64,000 bases of DNA from Histomonas meleagridis 2922-C6/04-290x. Its lineage: Eukaryota > Protista > Parabasalia. Location: positions 62,001 to 126,000 of the forward strand of contig JAANOX010000063.1 in NCBI GenBank assembly GCA_020184695.1, written 5' to 3'. This document shows positions 10,764 to 23,012 of this stretch, piece after piece (the stretch's first letter is position 1; the number at the start of each line of letters is the position of its first letter). The notes beneath the pieces were generated by a model. That model searched no databases, had not been told where the DNA came from, and saw only the letters and a list, made by a program, of their open reading frames with translations. The position numbers and the translations under genes are program-made.

Positions 10764-13700
10764 TTATTTTGTAAGATTTTCATCAAAATCCATTACAAAC
10801 TTTTGACGTCTTATTGCGTTACAAAACTTTCTTGCTTCTACTTCCTCAACGAATTCCAATTCGATTTTGATTATTTTATTTTTTCTTTCCATTACTTCAA
10901 CTAAAATAATTTTCTTATTTTCATTATCGACTTCAACATTCAAAACGTTTCTAATTTGAATAATTTTCTTATTCCAAATAATATTTTGTTCATGCACTTC
11001 TATAATTTTATCATTATTCACAACTTCGAAGAACAATAAATCGTCCAAATTTCCTCTAATTTTCATTGGCTCTTCGATTCTTTTCATTTTCTCGTTCCCG
11101 AAAATTCCTCTTCTCACTCCATTTATCATTCCAGCGCTTAAATCCAAAGCTCCGCTTAAAGAATTCGTGAATAAGCCCAACATTCCTTCGCCTGTACCTT
11201 TCATCACTCCGATAATTCCTTCTTCTTTACCACGAATTATAGGCTTCTTAATTATACCTGCAGCAGCGTTCGCTAAACCTGAAGCAAATGATTTAATGCC
11301 CCATGAAATTGCGCCTGAAGCTGTTTGGTTATCATTAATGTTATTATTATCAGATGTAATTTGTTTCATTAAACCTGAAACCATTTTTAATGTGGATGCA
11401 CTTGAGCCTAATAATGAATTAATAGTTCCGCCAACAAGTTCTTTAGGTACTGAGATTAAACTTTTGTTTTGATGATATACATTCGTAAAATTATTAATAA
11501 GTCGTTGAGGATTACCAATAATTGCAACTGACCCAATTACACGTAACCATTGCGTTGATATTGTAGTAATATAATGATCAATGATAATGTTTAATAATTG
11601 TTTCGGTGTACATTTTAATTGTTGTGCTTCAAGTGACTTTAAATCTAAATTAATTTCTTCAAATGGTGGAATTACATATATAAAATGTGGTAATTGATAT
11701 GTAACAAAACTACGTCTTGAAGTGTTTGGATAAAATGAAATATTTAAATTACTTTGTAATAATTTTAATACTTGTAAATATATAATTATTGATGAATTAT
11801 TATCTTTATCTTGAAAGATATTATTAATGTCAAAAATTTCTTGAAATATTATAAATAATTCCGCAACTAATGATAAGTCAATGTTCGATTTAATCGGTGA
11901 AATACTTCCAATAATATATTCAATATGATTAGTTTTATCGAACATTTGTAAGATAAAATTCAGAAATGTCGAGTTGTCATTAATAATCGATTGAAACACA
12001 ACTGGAATTGATGACGTTGGATTCATATCATCGATTTGGATAAATTTAATTGATGTTTCAAATCGTTTCTTTTGGTTTTGTGTATAAAATCCAAATGAAA
12101 TTTCATTAATAATAATTGCAAGTAATTCCAAATTATTACGTTCATATATCTTTATTGTTATTAAAGGAATTCTTATTAATAATTTATAAGATATTTGTTG
12201 ATTAGAATGATCACTTGTTTCTTGTAAATGTATTGCATACTTTTCATTAGGTAATATATATACTGATTGATATATTAAATTCTCATCGGAATAAACATGT
12301 TCTTGAAATATATCAATTTGTAAACAAAAAATATTTTTATTATCATTTTTATCTTTAATTTCAATGACACATTCATCTCTTGAATCTGGAATATTAAAAT
12401 AAATTGATGAATAAGGTAATGATTCGATTATAAGTTCTGAATGATTCTTTTGTTGAAAAGTATAAGTGTTCGATGTATCATTAATAAAGACATACATTTT
12501 TTCTTGATATAAATTCTTAATCGAAATAACTTTAGTTTTATCTTTATAACTTATTTCAAATCGATATAATTCATAAGTTTTCGGATGAATTATTTCAAAT
12601 GTTGAAATGTTTTCAATATTAATCATAATAATAAATTCATTAATTGTTATATTAGCATTTAATTCTGGATCAATTGATTTAATAATTACATAAGATTTCG
12701 TTTGTAATGAATAACCATTAATAAATATATCATCATCTAAATCATTATATATTATAGCATAGGGTTTAAAATATATTAATACTGTGTTAGGAAATGAATT
12801 AATTTTATGTTTAACTACAAATAAGACTGGCATTACATTGTCATTACTTTGTGATATAGGAATTAATATCAATTCATTCGAATCAATTGGTGAGACACCA
12901 CATTTCCGATTAGTGAATTTTTTTGATATTGGACATGTAATATATACTGAAAATTCATCTTGATCAAATCCTAAATAAGGAAATGGATACATTTCGGATA
13001 ATTTAGGTAATTCTTTTAATGGTTTAAATAATTCTAAACTTTTAGATTCAAGATCATTAGGTAAAAGATCAACATCATCTTCTAATTGCATACCAATTGG
13101 AATCCCAATTTGATTATACATTAAAATTGGAGGTGAAATTCGAATTGTTGAAACTAAATTTTCTGTTAATATTTCACATTTTATATAATTCATTGGATCA
13201 TCATTTTTATTAGTTACTGATAAAGTACAAAATTTTTTAGTAAAGTTAATTGTAACTTCTGATTCTTTAATTATATATTTATCCGATATTTTAAATGTAA
13301 TTTTAGTAGTTTTACTATCAAAATTATCAATATGTTTTTGTTGATCTTTATTTAAATCAATTACAAATTGTTGAAATTCTAAATGTAATGTATAAGGGAA
13401 AAATGATTGTATTATAATTGGAGTAGAAATTATTATTTGACTTACAAATGTAAATTTATCACGATATTGTTGTAATATTAAATAATGATTTCGAATTTTA
13501 ATTTGTTTCGATGAATTATTTTGTAATTTAATTTCACAACTTTCAATTTCTCCTTCAATTCCTAAAACGATTTTTTTAGTCATTGATAAATCAGGTGGAA
13601 AATAATATGTATCTTCTGTTTCAATATCGATTGTATCAAATAATTTTAATAAATAAGGAGTTTTATTAGTAATCGAAAGAATTGATGAAAATATTAATGA

Positions 13701-16448
13701 ATTTGGTTTTAATTGTACTAAAATAATCGATTTATCATTATTAAATTTAAATGGAATTGGATATTCATCTTTAAATAATAATAAATCAATTGTTAATATT
13801 TCATCAAATATCTTTAATGATATTAATGAATTCTCAGGAAAATGTGTAATAAATGATGAACTTAATATTGGAACATTTAATTCTTTAGAATCAATATTAA
13901 CTATTAATGGATAATTAACTTCATTAACAATCCAAAAATAATTCGAATAATCAACTTTCTTAAGTATATTTGGATTAAGTACCAATGAAATTTGTGGTGA
14001 AATGTTAACATCAATATTAAATTCTTTTTTAGTATATGTTAAATATGATGTTAATGTTGTATTATTTATAATCGATGTATAATATAATGGTGTAACATAA
14101 TATAATAATGAAAATTCTAAATTAAGATTCGATTGTTTCATATTTTTATCTTTATATGTTAAATCAAAACAAAAATTATTGATTGGAATATGAAATTTAG
14201 AATAATAATTAAAATCGATTTTTTGTATATTAATAGTAAAATTATTTTCAATTCCAAAAATTATTTTCGTTAAAATTTCCGAATCAATTTTTGGTAATTT
14301 TGGAATTGTTTTTGTTAAATTGTTTTGTAAAGATATTAATATTTCATTTATTAATATGTTTTGTTGATTTATATTATCATTTTTAATAAAACTAAAATTA
14401 TTTAATGTTAGAAAATTATCAATAAATAATTTCTCAAATGAAAATTGTAATTGTTTTATATTAAAATCATTCATAAAATTAATTTTATTAATAATAATTT
14501 CTTTATTAAATATATCTGTTGTAAATTTTAATTGATTTAAATCAAAATTAATACATTTAAATTTGTTGTTTTTATTATTACTTATATTAATTCCTTTAAA
14601 AATTCTTGAATAAGGTTTAACGATATTAATTATTTCTAAAATTGTGTTCATTTCTTCTTTAAGGAAATTAATATTTAATTGTTTTAAGTTAATTTTTATA
14701 TTTTCATCTTCAATATCTATTTCAATATTTGTTTTCTCTATAACATTATGAATTTTTGGTGATTCAAATGATAATTTAAATGAACTAACAATAACTTTTA
14801 ACAAATTTATAATTTTAAAGTTATCACATTCAAAAGAAATTATATTATTTTGAGTAAAAGTTATTAAAAATAAAGTTTGATCTAAATTAGCATTAATTAA
14901 AAATGTTTTCTTAGGTATCGAAATTCTTAAATTTGAAAAATATTTAAATATTTTAAAATCGATAACAGAAATAATCTTTAAAATCCTTGGAACGTCAAAA
15001 TAAAATGAAGTTGGATCACTTGTAATATTAATTATATTATCAATAGTATTAATATCGATTTTTAATGTGTTTAAACCTGTGCAAAGGCCTTTACAAACAC
15101 AAAATTGAATTCCATCTTCTCTAACATCCATATCGAATGCATGGATTCCGACTGTTATTAATTCTTTAGTTCTTTTTAAAAATGGTTTATATATTGCAAA
15201 CTTCCATGAGAAGTTAGTTAATGCATTTAAACATTTACATGTTAATACATCAATTTCGAAATTAATATTAAACTTATTAACAACTGAACCAATTAAAATT
15301 AATGGATCAATTGATATATAATAATTTATCTCTTTTTGACTGATTTTTCCTTTGTGTTTCATCCTTTCTTCTGATAAATATCTTAAATAGATAATCGTCC
15401 GATAATCAAGTATATGATCAAGTTCAATGATTTCGTTGTTTCTTGTATCTTTGTCTTTCCAATTCTTTAAATATTTATATGCATAAGTAGTCTTTTCCAA
15501 AAATTGCTTTAAAAGTGGTGTAGTTTTCTTTATGGCCATTTCATGGATATAATTCCAATTCGGATTTTTGTTTTTGCCATATTTCATATAATTAACAAAT
15601 TTATTTATGTTCTTAATACCATTTAATATGATCGGAATATGCATTTGGTTAAGTGATATTTCGGGTGTATCAAGTAAAAGATCTAAATCAACGCCTTCGA
15701 TGTCTTTCTTGTTGTGGATTGTGGCCGTAATTAATTCTTCATTAAATATGAAATCATGTTTTTCTTTCATAAGAGTGGTGTCAAAATATTGTAAAAACGT
15801 TTCGTTGTCTTGAAATGTAATATTTGGTTGATTGGGATCAAAATACATTAAAAGATTCTCGATTCGTAGATCTTTGTCATACTCAGGGGGAACACCTTCC
15901 TTCGCATTGATTGTACTGGTTTCGATTTTGTCAATCATGATTCCGAGTTTATGACATATTTTATCATTTTCTGGAAACTCAAAAACTATGTGAACCTTCT
16001 CAACGATAAGATGCAGACTGTAAAGAACTCTTTTTGTTACAAGTTCTATGGTTTGGCGTGGAACTGCTTTTAATAATTTAAAAAAGCGTTTTTTAAATAA
16101 CTCATGTGATGATAATTGATGCTCTCGAATATTATATATATCTGCATCACTAATGAAATCAGCAGGATCACTTCCTGGCAATTCAATTATCATATAACAT
16201 TTCGATACAATAACTTGAACTGGTTCAGTTTGTAAAGAACTCCATGGAATCCTAAGTTCGATGTTCTTGAGAAGCCCATGTTTTACTTTGATTGGGAATC
16301 CATGTTGGTATAATGCAAATTTGTATAATTGAAGATCAGATATTGTAAGCTTATTTTTAAATATCTGCATTCCTACTGATTTTTTATCAACGCTTGTCAT
16401 GTGTGCAGAAAGTGCAGCATTAATAAAGTTCTGGATAATTCTTTTCAT
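10764..16448 (-). CDS. VPS13: VPS13-family lipid transfer protein (1894 aa)
   Basis: N-terminal chorein motif (L.ISDLQL...PIKVKHGLLKNIELRIPWSSLQTEPVQV), and C-terminal GSVAIIGNP...GIKSFASGLANAAAGII.KPI.RGKEEG..G..KGTGEG followed by a PH-like end. Confidence 0.9.
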   Translation of the reverse strand: MKRIIQNFINAALSAHMTSVDKKSVGMQIFKNKLTISDLQLYKFALYQHGFPIKVKHGLLKNIELRIPWSSLQTEPVQVIVSKCYMIIELPGSDPADFISDADIYNIREHQLSSHELFKKRFFKLLKAVPRQTIELVTKRVLYSLHLIVEKVHIVFEFPENDKICHKLGIMIDKIETSTINAKEGVPPEYDKDLRIENLLMYFDPNQPNITFQDNETFLQYFDTTLMKEKHDFIFNEELITATIHNKKDIEGVDLDLLLDTPEISLNQMHIPIILNGIKNINKFVNYMKYGKNKNPNWNYIHEMAIKKTTPLLKQFLEKTTYAYKYLKNWKDKDTRNNEIIELDHILDYRTIIYLRYLSEERMKHKGKISQKEINYYISIDPLILIGSVVNKFNINFEIDVLTCKCLNALTNFSWKFAIYKPFLKRTKELITVGIHAFDMDVREDGIQFCVCKGLCTGLNTLKIDINTIDNIINITSDPTSFYFDVPRILKIISVIDFKIFKYFSNLRISIPKKTFLINANLDQTLFLITFTQNNIISFECDNFKIINLLKVIVSSFKLSFESPKIHNVIEKTNIEIDIEDENIKINLKQLNINFLKEEMNTILEIINIVKPYSRIFKGINISNNKNNKFKCINFDLNQLKFTTDIFNKEIIINKINFMNDFNIKQLQFSFEKLFIDNFLTLNNFSFIKNDNINQQNILINEILISLQNNLTKTIPKLPKIDSEILTKIIFGIENNFTINIQKIDFNYYSKFHIPINNFCFDLTYKDKNMKQSNLNLEFSLLYYVTPLYYTSIINNTTLTSYLTYTKKEFNIDVNISPQISLVLNPNILKKVDYSNYFWIVNEVNYPLIVNIDSKELNVPILSSSFITHFPENSLISLKIFDEILTIDLLLFKDEYPIPFKFNNDKSIILVQLKPNSLIFSSILSITNKTPYLLKLFDTIDIETEDTYYFPPDLSMTKKIVLGIEGEIESCEIKLQNNSSKQIKIRNHYLILQQYRDKFTFVSQIIISTPIIIQSFFPYTLHLEFQQFVIDLNKDQQKHIDNFDSKTTKITFKISDKYIIKESEVTINFTKKFCTLSVTNKNDDPMNYIKCEILTENLVSTIRISPPILMYNQIGIPIGMQLEDDVDLLPNDLESKSLELFKPLKELPKLSEMYPFPYLGFDQDEFSVYITCPISKKFTNRKCGVSPIDSNELILIPISQSNDNVMPVLFVVKHKINSFPNTVLIYFKPYAIIYNDLDDDIFINGYSLQTKSYVIIKSIDPELNANITINEFIIMINIENISTFEIIHPKTYELYRFEISYKDKTKVISIKNLYQEKMYVFINDTSNTYTFQQKNHSELIIESLPYSSIYFNIPDSRDECVIEIKDKNDNKNIFCLQIDIFQEHVYSDENLIYQSVYILPNEKYAIHLQETSDHSNQQISYKLLIRIPLITIKIYERNNLELLAIIINEISFGFYTQNQKKRFETSIKFIQIDDMNPTSSIPVVFQSIINDNSTFLNFILQMFDKTNHIEYIIGSISPIKSNIDLSLVAELFIIFQEIFDINNIFQDKDNNSSIIIYLQVLKLLQSNLNISFYPNTSRRSFVTYQLPHFIYVIPPFEEINLDLKSLEAQQLKCTPKQLLNIIIDHYITTISTQWLRVIGSVAIIGNPQRLINNFTNVYHQNKSLISVPKELVGGTINSLLGSSASTLKMVSGLMKQITSDNNNINDNQTASGAISWGIKSFASGLANAAAGIIKKPIIRGKEEGIIGVMKGTGEGMLGLFTNSLSGALDLSAGMINGVRRGIFGNEKMKRIEEPMKIRGNLDDLLFFEVVNNDKIIEVHEQNIIWNKKIIQIRNVLNVEVDNENKKIILVEVMERKNKIIKIELEFVEEVEARKFCNAIRRQKFVMDFDENLTK

Positions 16449-17061
16449 CAGAAAAAAAATTCCAATTTTTTGTAAAACGGTTTTATTTATTCAAATTTCA
16501 ATTCATAAATTTTATTTCTTTCATTGTTTCGAACACCTCCGTATGTGACTTTCCATTCGGATTGACACATACACCAAAGGGGGCTCTTTACTAATAAAAA
16601 CAATTATCAGAGGAATGCCACCTTGATACATGATAAGATTCTTACAAATCTAAATATCGCCTAAATTTTTTCTTATCAGAACGAATGCTATTCAAAATGT
16701 ATGTACATTTATCACATTTTTGGTAATAGAATATCAAGTTACATGGGAATTGAAAGATACGTTTTGATAATTTAATATTAATTAATTTTCTTTTATAATT
16801 TTCTCACTGAAAATCATTTTGTGGTTATATTCGTTGTTTTTTTTAATTGGAATATACTTCATTTACTGGTTGATCAAAATTTTTATAACAATCATTTTTA
16901 ACGGTCACTTATTGCACAGAAAGTGGCAAACTTAGCTGGCGAAAGAAAGAGCATCTATGTGCGAAAAGAATTGCAAAAAAGCTTAGGAGCGTGATGGGTT
17001 TAAGTCTTTATTTAAGAAATTCTTCTTGAGAAAAAAGATAAAAAAAAATTATTCGTTTTGT

Positions 17062-17289
17062 TTATGCAGTAAGGTTAATAGCAATGCTGATTGTTGATCC
17101 TGGTTCAATTTGAGCTGATTCAGCTGTTTCTTCGTTACGAAGCATCTGTCCATGGAATAAAAGGTTAACTTGAGAAGGATCAATAGCTAAGTGAGTTTGG
17201 AGGATTTGCTTGATTTCACGGATTGTGTTATTGGGTTCAACTGTGATGCTGATGGAACGACCAGTTGGGCTGAGGACGGTGATTTGCAT
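17062..17289 (-). CDS. Ubiquitin-like protein (75 aa) lacking C-terminal Gly-Gly
   Basis: MQITVLSPTGRSISITVEPNNTIREIKQILQ...IDPSQVNLLFHGQMLRNEET aligns colinearly with ubiquitin. An Inr-like TCATTT lies just upstream of ATG 17289. Confidence 0.8.
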   Translation of the reverse strand: MQITVLSPTGRSISITVEPNNTIREIKQILQTHLAIDPSQVNLLFHGQMLRNEETAESAQIEPGSTISIAINLTA

Positions 17290-17983
17290 GCTAATAAATG
17301 ATGTGACCAACTGCAAATTTCAAACGGCGTCCGACTTGTGAAAATTCTGACAGAGCCGTGTGAAAAAGCACTTTTAGTTTAGATGTGACATGTTAAGCGG
17401 TTATGAGTTGTTAATTTTGGCTTTTTGATTGAAGACATTGAACTGATTCGTAAAGTATCGAATTTTTCTATGTTTGTGGAAAAACACCTATACGACGAAA
17501 GTTTAATAATTATTTGTCAGAGTTAAAAACACGATGGAAAACGTTAATAATAACTATACAATATTTTGACGCATTCGACTTCTCGAATCGATGAAGTAGG
17601 TACATGTACATGTGGTAATACTGATCAGAATCTCGACATTTCCCTGTTCCTTCATACTGCAGTAAAATATAAGTAATAACATATAAGCTAATGCTTTCTG
17701 TGTTTCTTTCAGTATATTAAATTAAGTTGATAATAGTGTTAAGTAAGCCTGAATGTATATTTGTGATTTAATAAATAGGATTTATAAAACTAAACTCAAA
17801 CAATTAAGAAATATTCCATTATTATTTAAAATGTATGTTTAGTAAAACTATGTATACATATGGCACAAATTATTGATATTTTCATTAGCATAATACATTG
17901 AATTGAATATGATCATAAACAGTTGATTCAAATAAAAACACTCAGTTCGGCAAAATTTATAAATTCAATTTAACTGTCAAAAT

Positions 17984-18421
17984 ATGTATTCAATAATTAT
18001 ATATCACGATCGATGCTTTGAAAGCATTTTTTATTTATCATTTTTTTATTTAATGATCTCAACAAAATATCAAGAAAAAATACAAAAACTAACAAAAAAT
18101 AAGCAAATAAGATGTAACTTATGGTATAATGAAAAAGAACAGATTAAAAGATTAAAATTTGTTATTGAAGATGCAACTGATGAAGATTGTAAAAAAGCTC
18201 TCAAAAAAACAAATCATGATCTTAATAAAGCTGCTGATATACTCATTAGAATGAATTTTAAAAAAATGGAAAAATCAATAGATACAAATGATATTCAAAT
18301 CAGTGATAAAATTCAAAATGAATTTTATGGAATATTAAATATTTTTGAAATAATTCAAGTCTTATCATATACGAATAACAATGAAGAAGAAGCTATTGCT
18401 ATTCTTAAAACAATGAAATAA
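17984..18421 (+). CDS. Small protein with two UBA-like domains
   Basis: IKRLKFVIEDATDEDCKKALKKTNHDLNKAADIL and IIQVLSYTNNNEEEAIAIL fit UBA helices; the true start may be downstream. Confidence 0.55.
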   Translation: MYSIIIYHDRCFESIFYLSFFYLMISTKYQEKIQKLTKNKQIRCNLWYNEKEQIKRLKFVIEDATDEDCKKALKKTNHDLNKAADILIRMNFKKMEKSIDTNDIQISDKIQNEFYGILNIFEIIQVLSYTNNNEEEAIAILKTMK

Positions 18422-18679
18422 TCAAATATATATGGAAATGTTACTCTAAATCGCTTACTGTTTATTGTTTTTAAAACAAAATGTTGAAGCATTGTATTCA
18501 CAGTCAATATTTTATTTTATTATTGTGTTTGCAGTGTTTTTACATAATTTATGATAAACAATGTGAAAAATTTGTAATATTATCACTTTTAATATTACTA
18601 AATAACCATGATTATTAGTTTATTATATTGTCAATATAAATTATTTCTCCTAAAGAGAAATAAAAATCAACAAATAGTT

Positions 18680-20364
18680 TCAAGTTATATAAAATGAAAT
18701 CCATTGATCATATTCATTCATTGCGTACTCGTGAAGTTCGTTGTTGATGATTTCCGTTCCTTCGTTCCCTTCGTTTTCTTGTTTCGTCGTCACACTTGGC
18801 GTTGATTTCGTCGATTTCGCACGTTTCCGTTTCATCATGAAAATTATTATTCCAATAACAATTAGAATTATAAAAACTGAAAAACAAATAATACAAATCA
18901 GAACTTTCATTGATATTTGTTGACTTTCATTAGAATTATTGTTAATATTCGTTAATGTATAAAAATTATTATAAAATTCATAATAAGATGAATAAAAAAT
19001 ATTAATATATTCATAATAAATAAATGCTGTAATGGAATATGTAAATGTCGAATCAAGTCGTGAAATGGTAAATGAATATGTTGTAGTCATATTAAATACC
19101 GAAATCGTTTGCGTAACGGGTAAAAGAAATGAATTTGAACTTATATAAATTTTCGTTTGCGGAAATGAATTAGATTTAATAAACATATTTGATTGTATAA
19201 ATGAATTAGAATTAGTAAATGTACTTGATTGTGTGAATGCATTTGATCTAGTGAAGCCATTCGATTTTGAAAATGTATTTGATTTGGTAAATGAATTTGA
19301 TTTAGTAAATGTATTTGATTTAATGAATTTGATCTAGTGAAGGCATTCGATTTTGAAAATGTATTTGATTGTGTGAAAGCATTTGATTTAGTGAATGAAT
19401 TACTTTGTGTGAATACATTTGATTTAGAAAACGTATTTGATTTGGTAAATGTTAATGTTGGAGGTAGACATTCATCTAATGTTTCTTTGGTTATATTTAA
19501 TTTACCAAATGTTTCATTTTGATATGTTTCACTTACCATAACAGTTGATATTGTGGCACCATTAAAAGGGTCACCTTCTAATATTAAAGATGTTTTGCCA
19601 TAAAAAAAAATGCATTTGAGTGGACAGCCTTTATCCGATGACAACTGTTTCTAGTTGAGTACAATAAGAAAAAGCCGCTGCTTGAATATCAGTAACAGAG
19701 TTTGGAATTGTGAAACTTGCAAATGCACAGTTAGAGAATGCATGTAAGTATTTATTATATTTACATTATTTCCAAATGAAATTGTTAACAAATTAGTGCA
19801 TGAAGAAAATGCATGTGATTCAATTGAAGTTACTACTGCAGTATATAAATGGATTTGTTGATATTGAAGAAACTGTACTTGGAATTGTAACATATTTAAG
19901 TTTGCCACAATTTTGAAACATCATCGATCCAATCGCTTGAACACCTTCATCAAAAGTTACAGTTTCAAGACCAGCACAACCAATGAATACATTTGACTCA
20001 ACTGTTGTAAGACATTTAATTGTTAAATTTTTTAGTGAAGTACAATATCCAAATGCATATGATCCAATATTTGTTATACCTTCTCCAAATGAAACTTCTT
20101 CTAAACTATAACAATATTGAAATGCATATGATTCAATTATAGTGACTGAGTCAGCAATCAAAGCAGTAGTCAATGACATCCATTGAAAAAAAGCTTTCTC
20201 TGGAATTTCAGTTATTCCATTTGAAATGACAAGATGCTTTGTATTGCTTTGATGATCATTTGTAAATTCACTTGAATCAATTATAGTTAATGTGAATGTT
20301 TCTTCATTAAAAGTTTGCATCGAATGTAGTAAACAAATGGAATTAATATAAATTTAATATTCAT
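18680..20364 (-). pseudogene. BspA-like surface protein, right copy (internal deletions, divergent LRR segment)
   Basis: Mirror of 8637-10491. It lacks about 145 nt and about 35 nt of LRR sequence, and ends QWISFYIT* because the arm boundary cuts the stop codon. Confidence 0.8.
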
Positions 20365-20392
20365 TTTTCCTTTTATATGAAGTTCACTTATA

Positions 20393-20823
20393 TTAAAATT
20401 TAGCTAGAAAATATTTTCTTATGAAACTTAAAACAGAAAACATTAAAATCATTATGTTTATGGAATAAAATAATTTTAAATTTCTGTGTAAAGAATCAAA
20501 AAGTTTGAACAAAAATGTGAAAGGAGTAAACCACTGATTTTATCTTTCGAATGTATTGATGTTATATTGTTAAAATTCGAATCGATAGCTGAATAATAAA
20601 CATTTAATTTGTTGCAAAAAATAGGATTATTTTTAATCTTTGAAGAAAAATTAAAAAAACCATGTAAAAAAGTATTACTGTGATCATGATTTTTTTGAAA
20701 AATGATATTTTTGTCGAGTTGATATTCATAAATGTAAAAAACATTTTTGATTTCTATTAATTTTTTATCACCGTCATGCGCTATCCTTAAAATAAAGAAA
20801 ATCCAAGAAAACGTATATATCAA
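20393..20823 (-). CDS. Hypothetical protein, right-arm copy of 8177-8608 (1-nt frameshift)
   Basis: Near-identical reverse complement of the left copy. Confidence 0.3.
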
Positions 20824-21111
20824 CTATTGATGAGGAAGAGAAATCTATTGTCTGTTCGATGTTTTCGAAATCGCTTTTAAGTTAACGACGTTCATTCAAT
20901 TGGTTCAATAGTTTATGAATTCAATTTTTCATTTTGGACCATCATCTTCCAAAGACAACTGTTTCTATGTTGAGAATGCACTATATTATTATAAGTTATA
21001 TAAGAGGTCATCTTCCACAACAGCCAGTGAGTGATCACCAATGAAATGATATAAAAATAATAAATCAACTTCAAACAAAACAAAAAGCAAAGAATTTTAC
21101 TGAATATTTAT

Positions 21112-22171
21112 TCATTTTTTATTATTAATTTCTTGTTTAATTTTTTCAAGTTCTTCATCATGTGTTTCGACCATTCGTTGATAGTCTTCGCCAAGTCGGA
21201 TAACCATAACTGTCCCCTCCTGACTCGTGGTGACGACTGTCATTCCGTCGGGTGTAAACTTAACATCGTTAACTGGTGACTTATGAACTTTAATCGATGC
21301 AAATTCTTCTTGGAAAACAATGTGGAAGAAGTTAATAGTAAAGTCTGTGCTTCCGAAGTTTGTCGTCGCAACGTTCTTCTTATCTGCTGACGATGCAAGA
21401 ACAATGTGTTTGCCATTCGGTGAAAATGATGTAGAAGAAACTAAAAATGAATGTGGAAACATACCAACTTTCTCTAATTCTAATGTCCATGTGCACGCGG
21501 TGGTGTCCGCTGATGCGGTGGAAATAAACTTCTTGTCAAACGAAACTGAGATGGAATTAATACTTCCGCGATGTGCATCAACTGTACGAATTAATTTAAA
21601 TTCAGTGGAATCTTTCTTGCTAAATAACATTAATCGCCCTTTGACATCGCCTACAATGATAGTGTTGTCGTTGGGCCAAACAACACTATTAACTCCATCA
21701 CTAAATTCATGTTTAAATTTCTCATCAAATGGATGAGCTGCATCTGTTTGTGTCTTAAGATGAAATAAACGAAGTGTTGGTACTTGTTTCATTTGACTTG
21801 AAGATACAATAACTGCTTGATTAATTTTACCTGGCGCAAAACAACAACATTGAAGAAGTGTCTTACTATCCATTTCAAGAATTACATTCCCCGTTTCAAT
21901 AGAATGAATTAAAACTCGTTGGTCTGCTCCAACTGAAATTAATCGTGTGGATGTTTCATTAATATCAATGTCTTCAATAACACCATCATGTCCTTCATAT
22001 CGTTTGAAACATACTTCTGTCATAAGATTATAACCATAAACAACGTTGGCTGATGCTACAAATAAAAAGATCTCCGTCTTGATTAAGAACACAGCGATTA
22101 CATGCTTTATCACTTGGTTGAAAAATAGTGGCACTTGTAATAGGACCACGGAATTCGCTGATTGGATTCAT
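21112..22171 (-). CDS. EIF3I: eIF3 subunit i, right copy (1-nt frameshift near start)
   Basis: Complete WD40 propeller with the same eIF3i motifs; an extra T in gatcttttt shifts the first ~35 codons. Confidence 0.85.
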
Positions 22172-22536
22172 ATTTTGGCCAATCTTTTCGCTACTTTACT
22201 TAGAAAATGTATTGCTTACTTTATGGAAAAGTGGTGGATCAATAACGGTTCTTATTTTTCGTTATTTTAAAAAAAAAGAGATTTTAATGAAACATTTATT
22301 CATTATATATTTATTAAATTTATACAAGTACTATATAATACTTTGTGATAACAAAAGAAAATATCTGTCATTTAAACTTTAAGAAATAAAATTATTCAAA
22401 AAGATTGAAAAAAATTCAATATTTTGTTCCTTTTTCATTTAATAACAAATGTTCTTAATAAGTTGAGAGATTTGTTAAAAATTTAAATTTCCGATTTTTT
22501 TTCAATTAAATTTAATATCATCAAAACTCAATGCTT

Positions 22537-22871
22537 TTAGTAAATATTTTTGATTTCATCCCATTTTGTCTTTAAATCTTTTGAAGTTCTTCCTCGTGGT
22601 CCAAATACTTCAGAATATTTTTTTAAAATTTCTTTAAAATTATTATCACCTAATTCAAAAACTCCTTCTTTAAGTGTATTAATTTCAATATCTGTCCATT
22701 TGTTGTTATTTGAATTTTTTTGATTTTTATCAAAATTTTTCAAAAATTATTTTTTTCATATATATTGAATAACACCTTGTAACATCTTTGTGTGTAAATC
22801 TATCAACACCAAGACTTTTTAATAAAATCATCAAGTTCAGATTGCTTCATTGTTTCATCATATCGATTCAT
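22537..22871 (-). CDS. Telobox-type Myb protein, right copy (frameshifted in homopolymers)
   Basis: Mirror of 6182-6511. Confidence 0.7.
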
Positions 22872-22988
22872 TTATTCGTTAACACTTTTTGTAACAAAAA
22901 TAATCGTCAATTTCAATAACTGTTTAATTTCAATACTTTAAATGGTCGAATATTTAAATTGAATTGATAAATGCTCAACCAAAATATT

Positions 22989-23005
22989 CCTTTATAACAT
23001 CATTT
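22989..23005 (+). promoter_or_regulatory. Trichomonad-type core promoter of Hsp70: CCTTT (M5-like) plus TCATTT initiator
   Basis: attCCTTTataacaTCATTTttttattATG; the motifs match core promoter elements described for Trichomonas. Confidence 0.55.
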
Positions 23006-23012
23006 TTTTATT

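Noticed and set aside
16500-17760. Relatively GC-richer intergenic patches as possible snoRNA or other ncRNA
   Set aside because: No convincing box C/D pair with terminal stem, H/ACA fold or tRNA cloverleaf by eye; an Infernal/Rfam scan would be needed.
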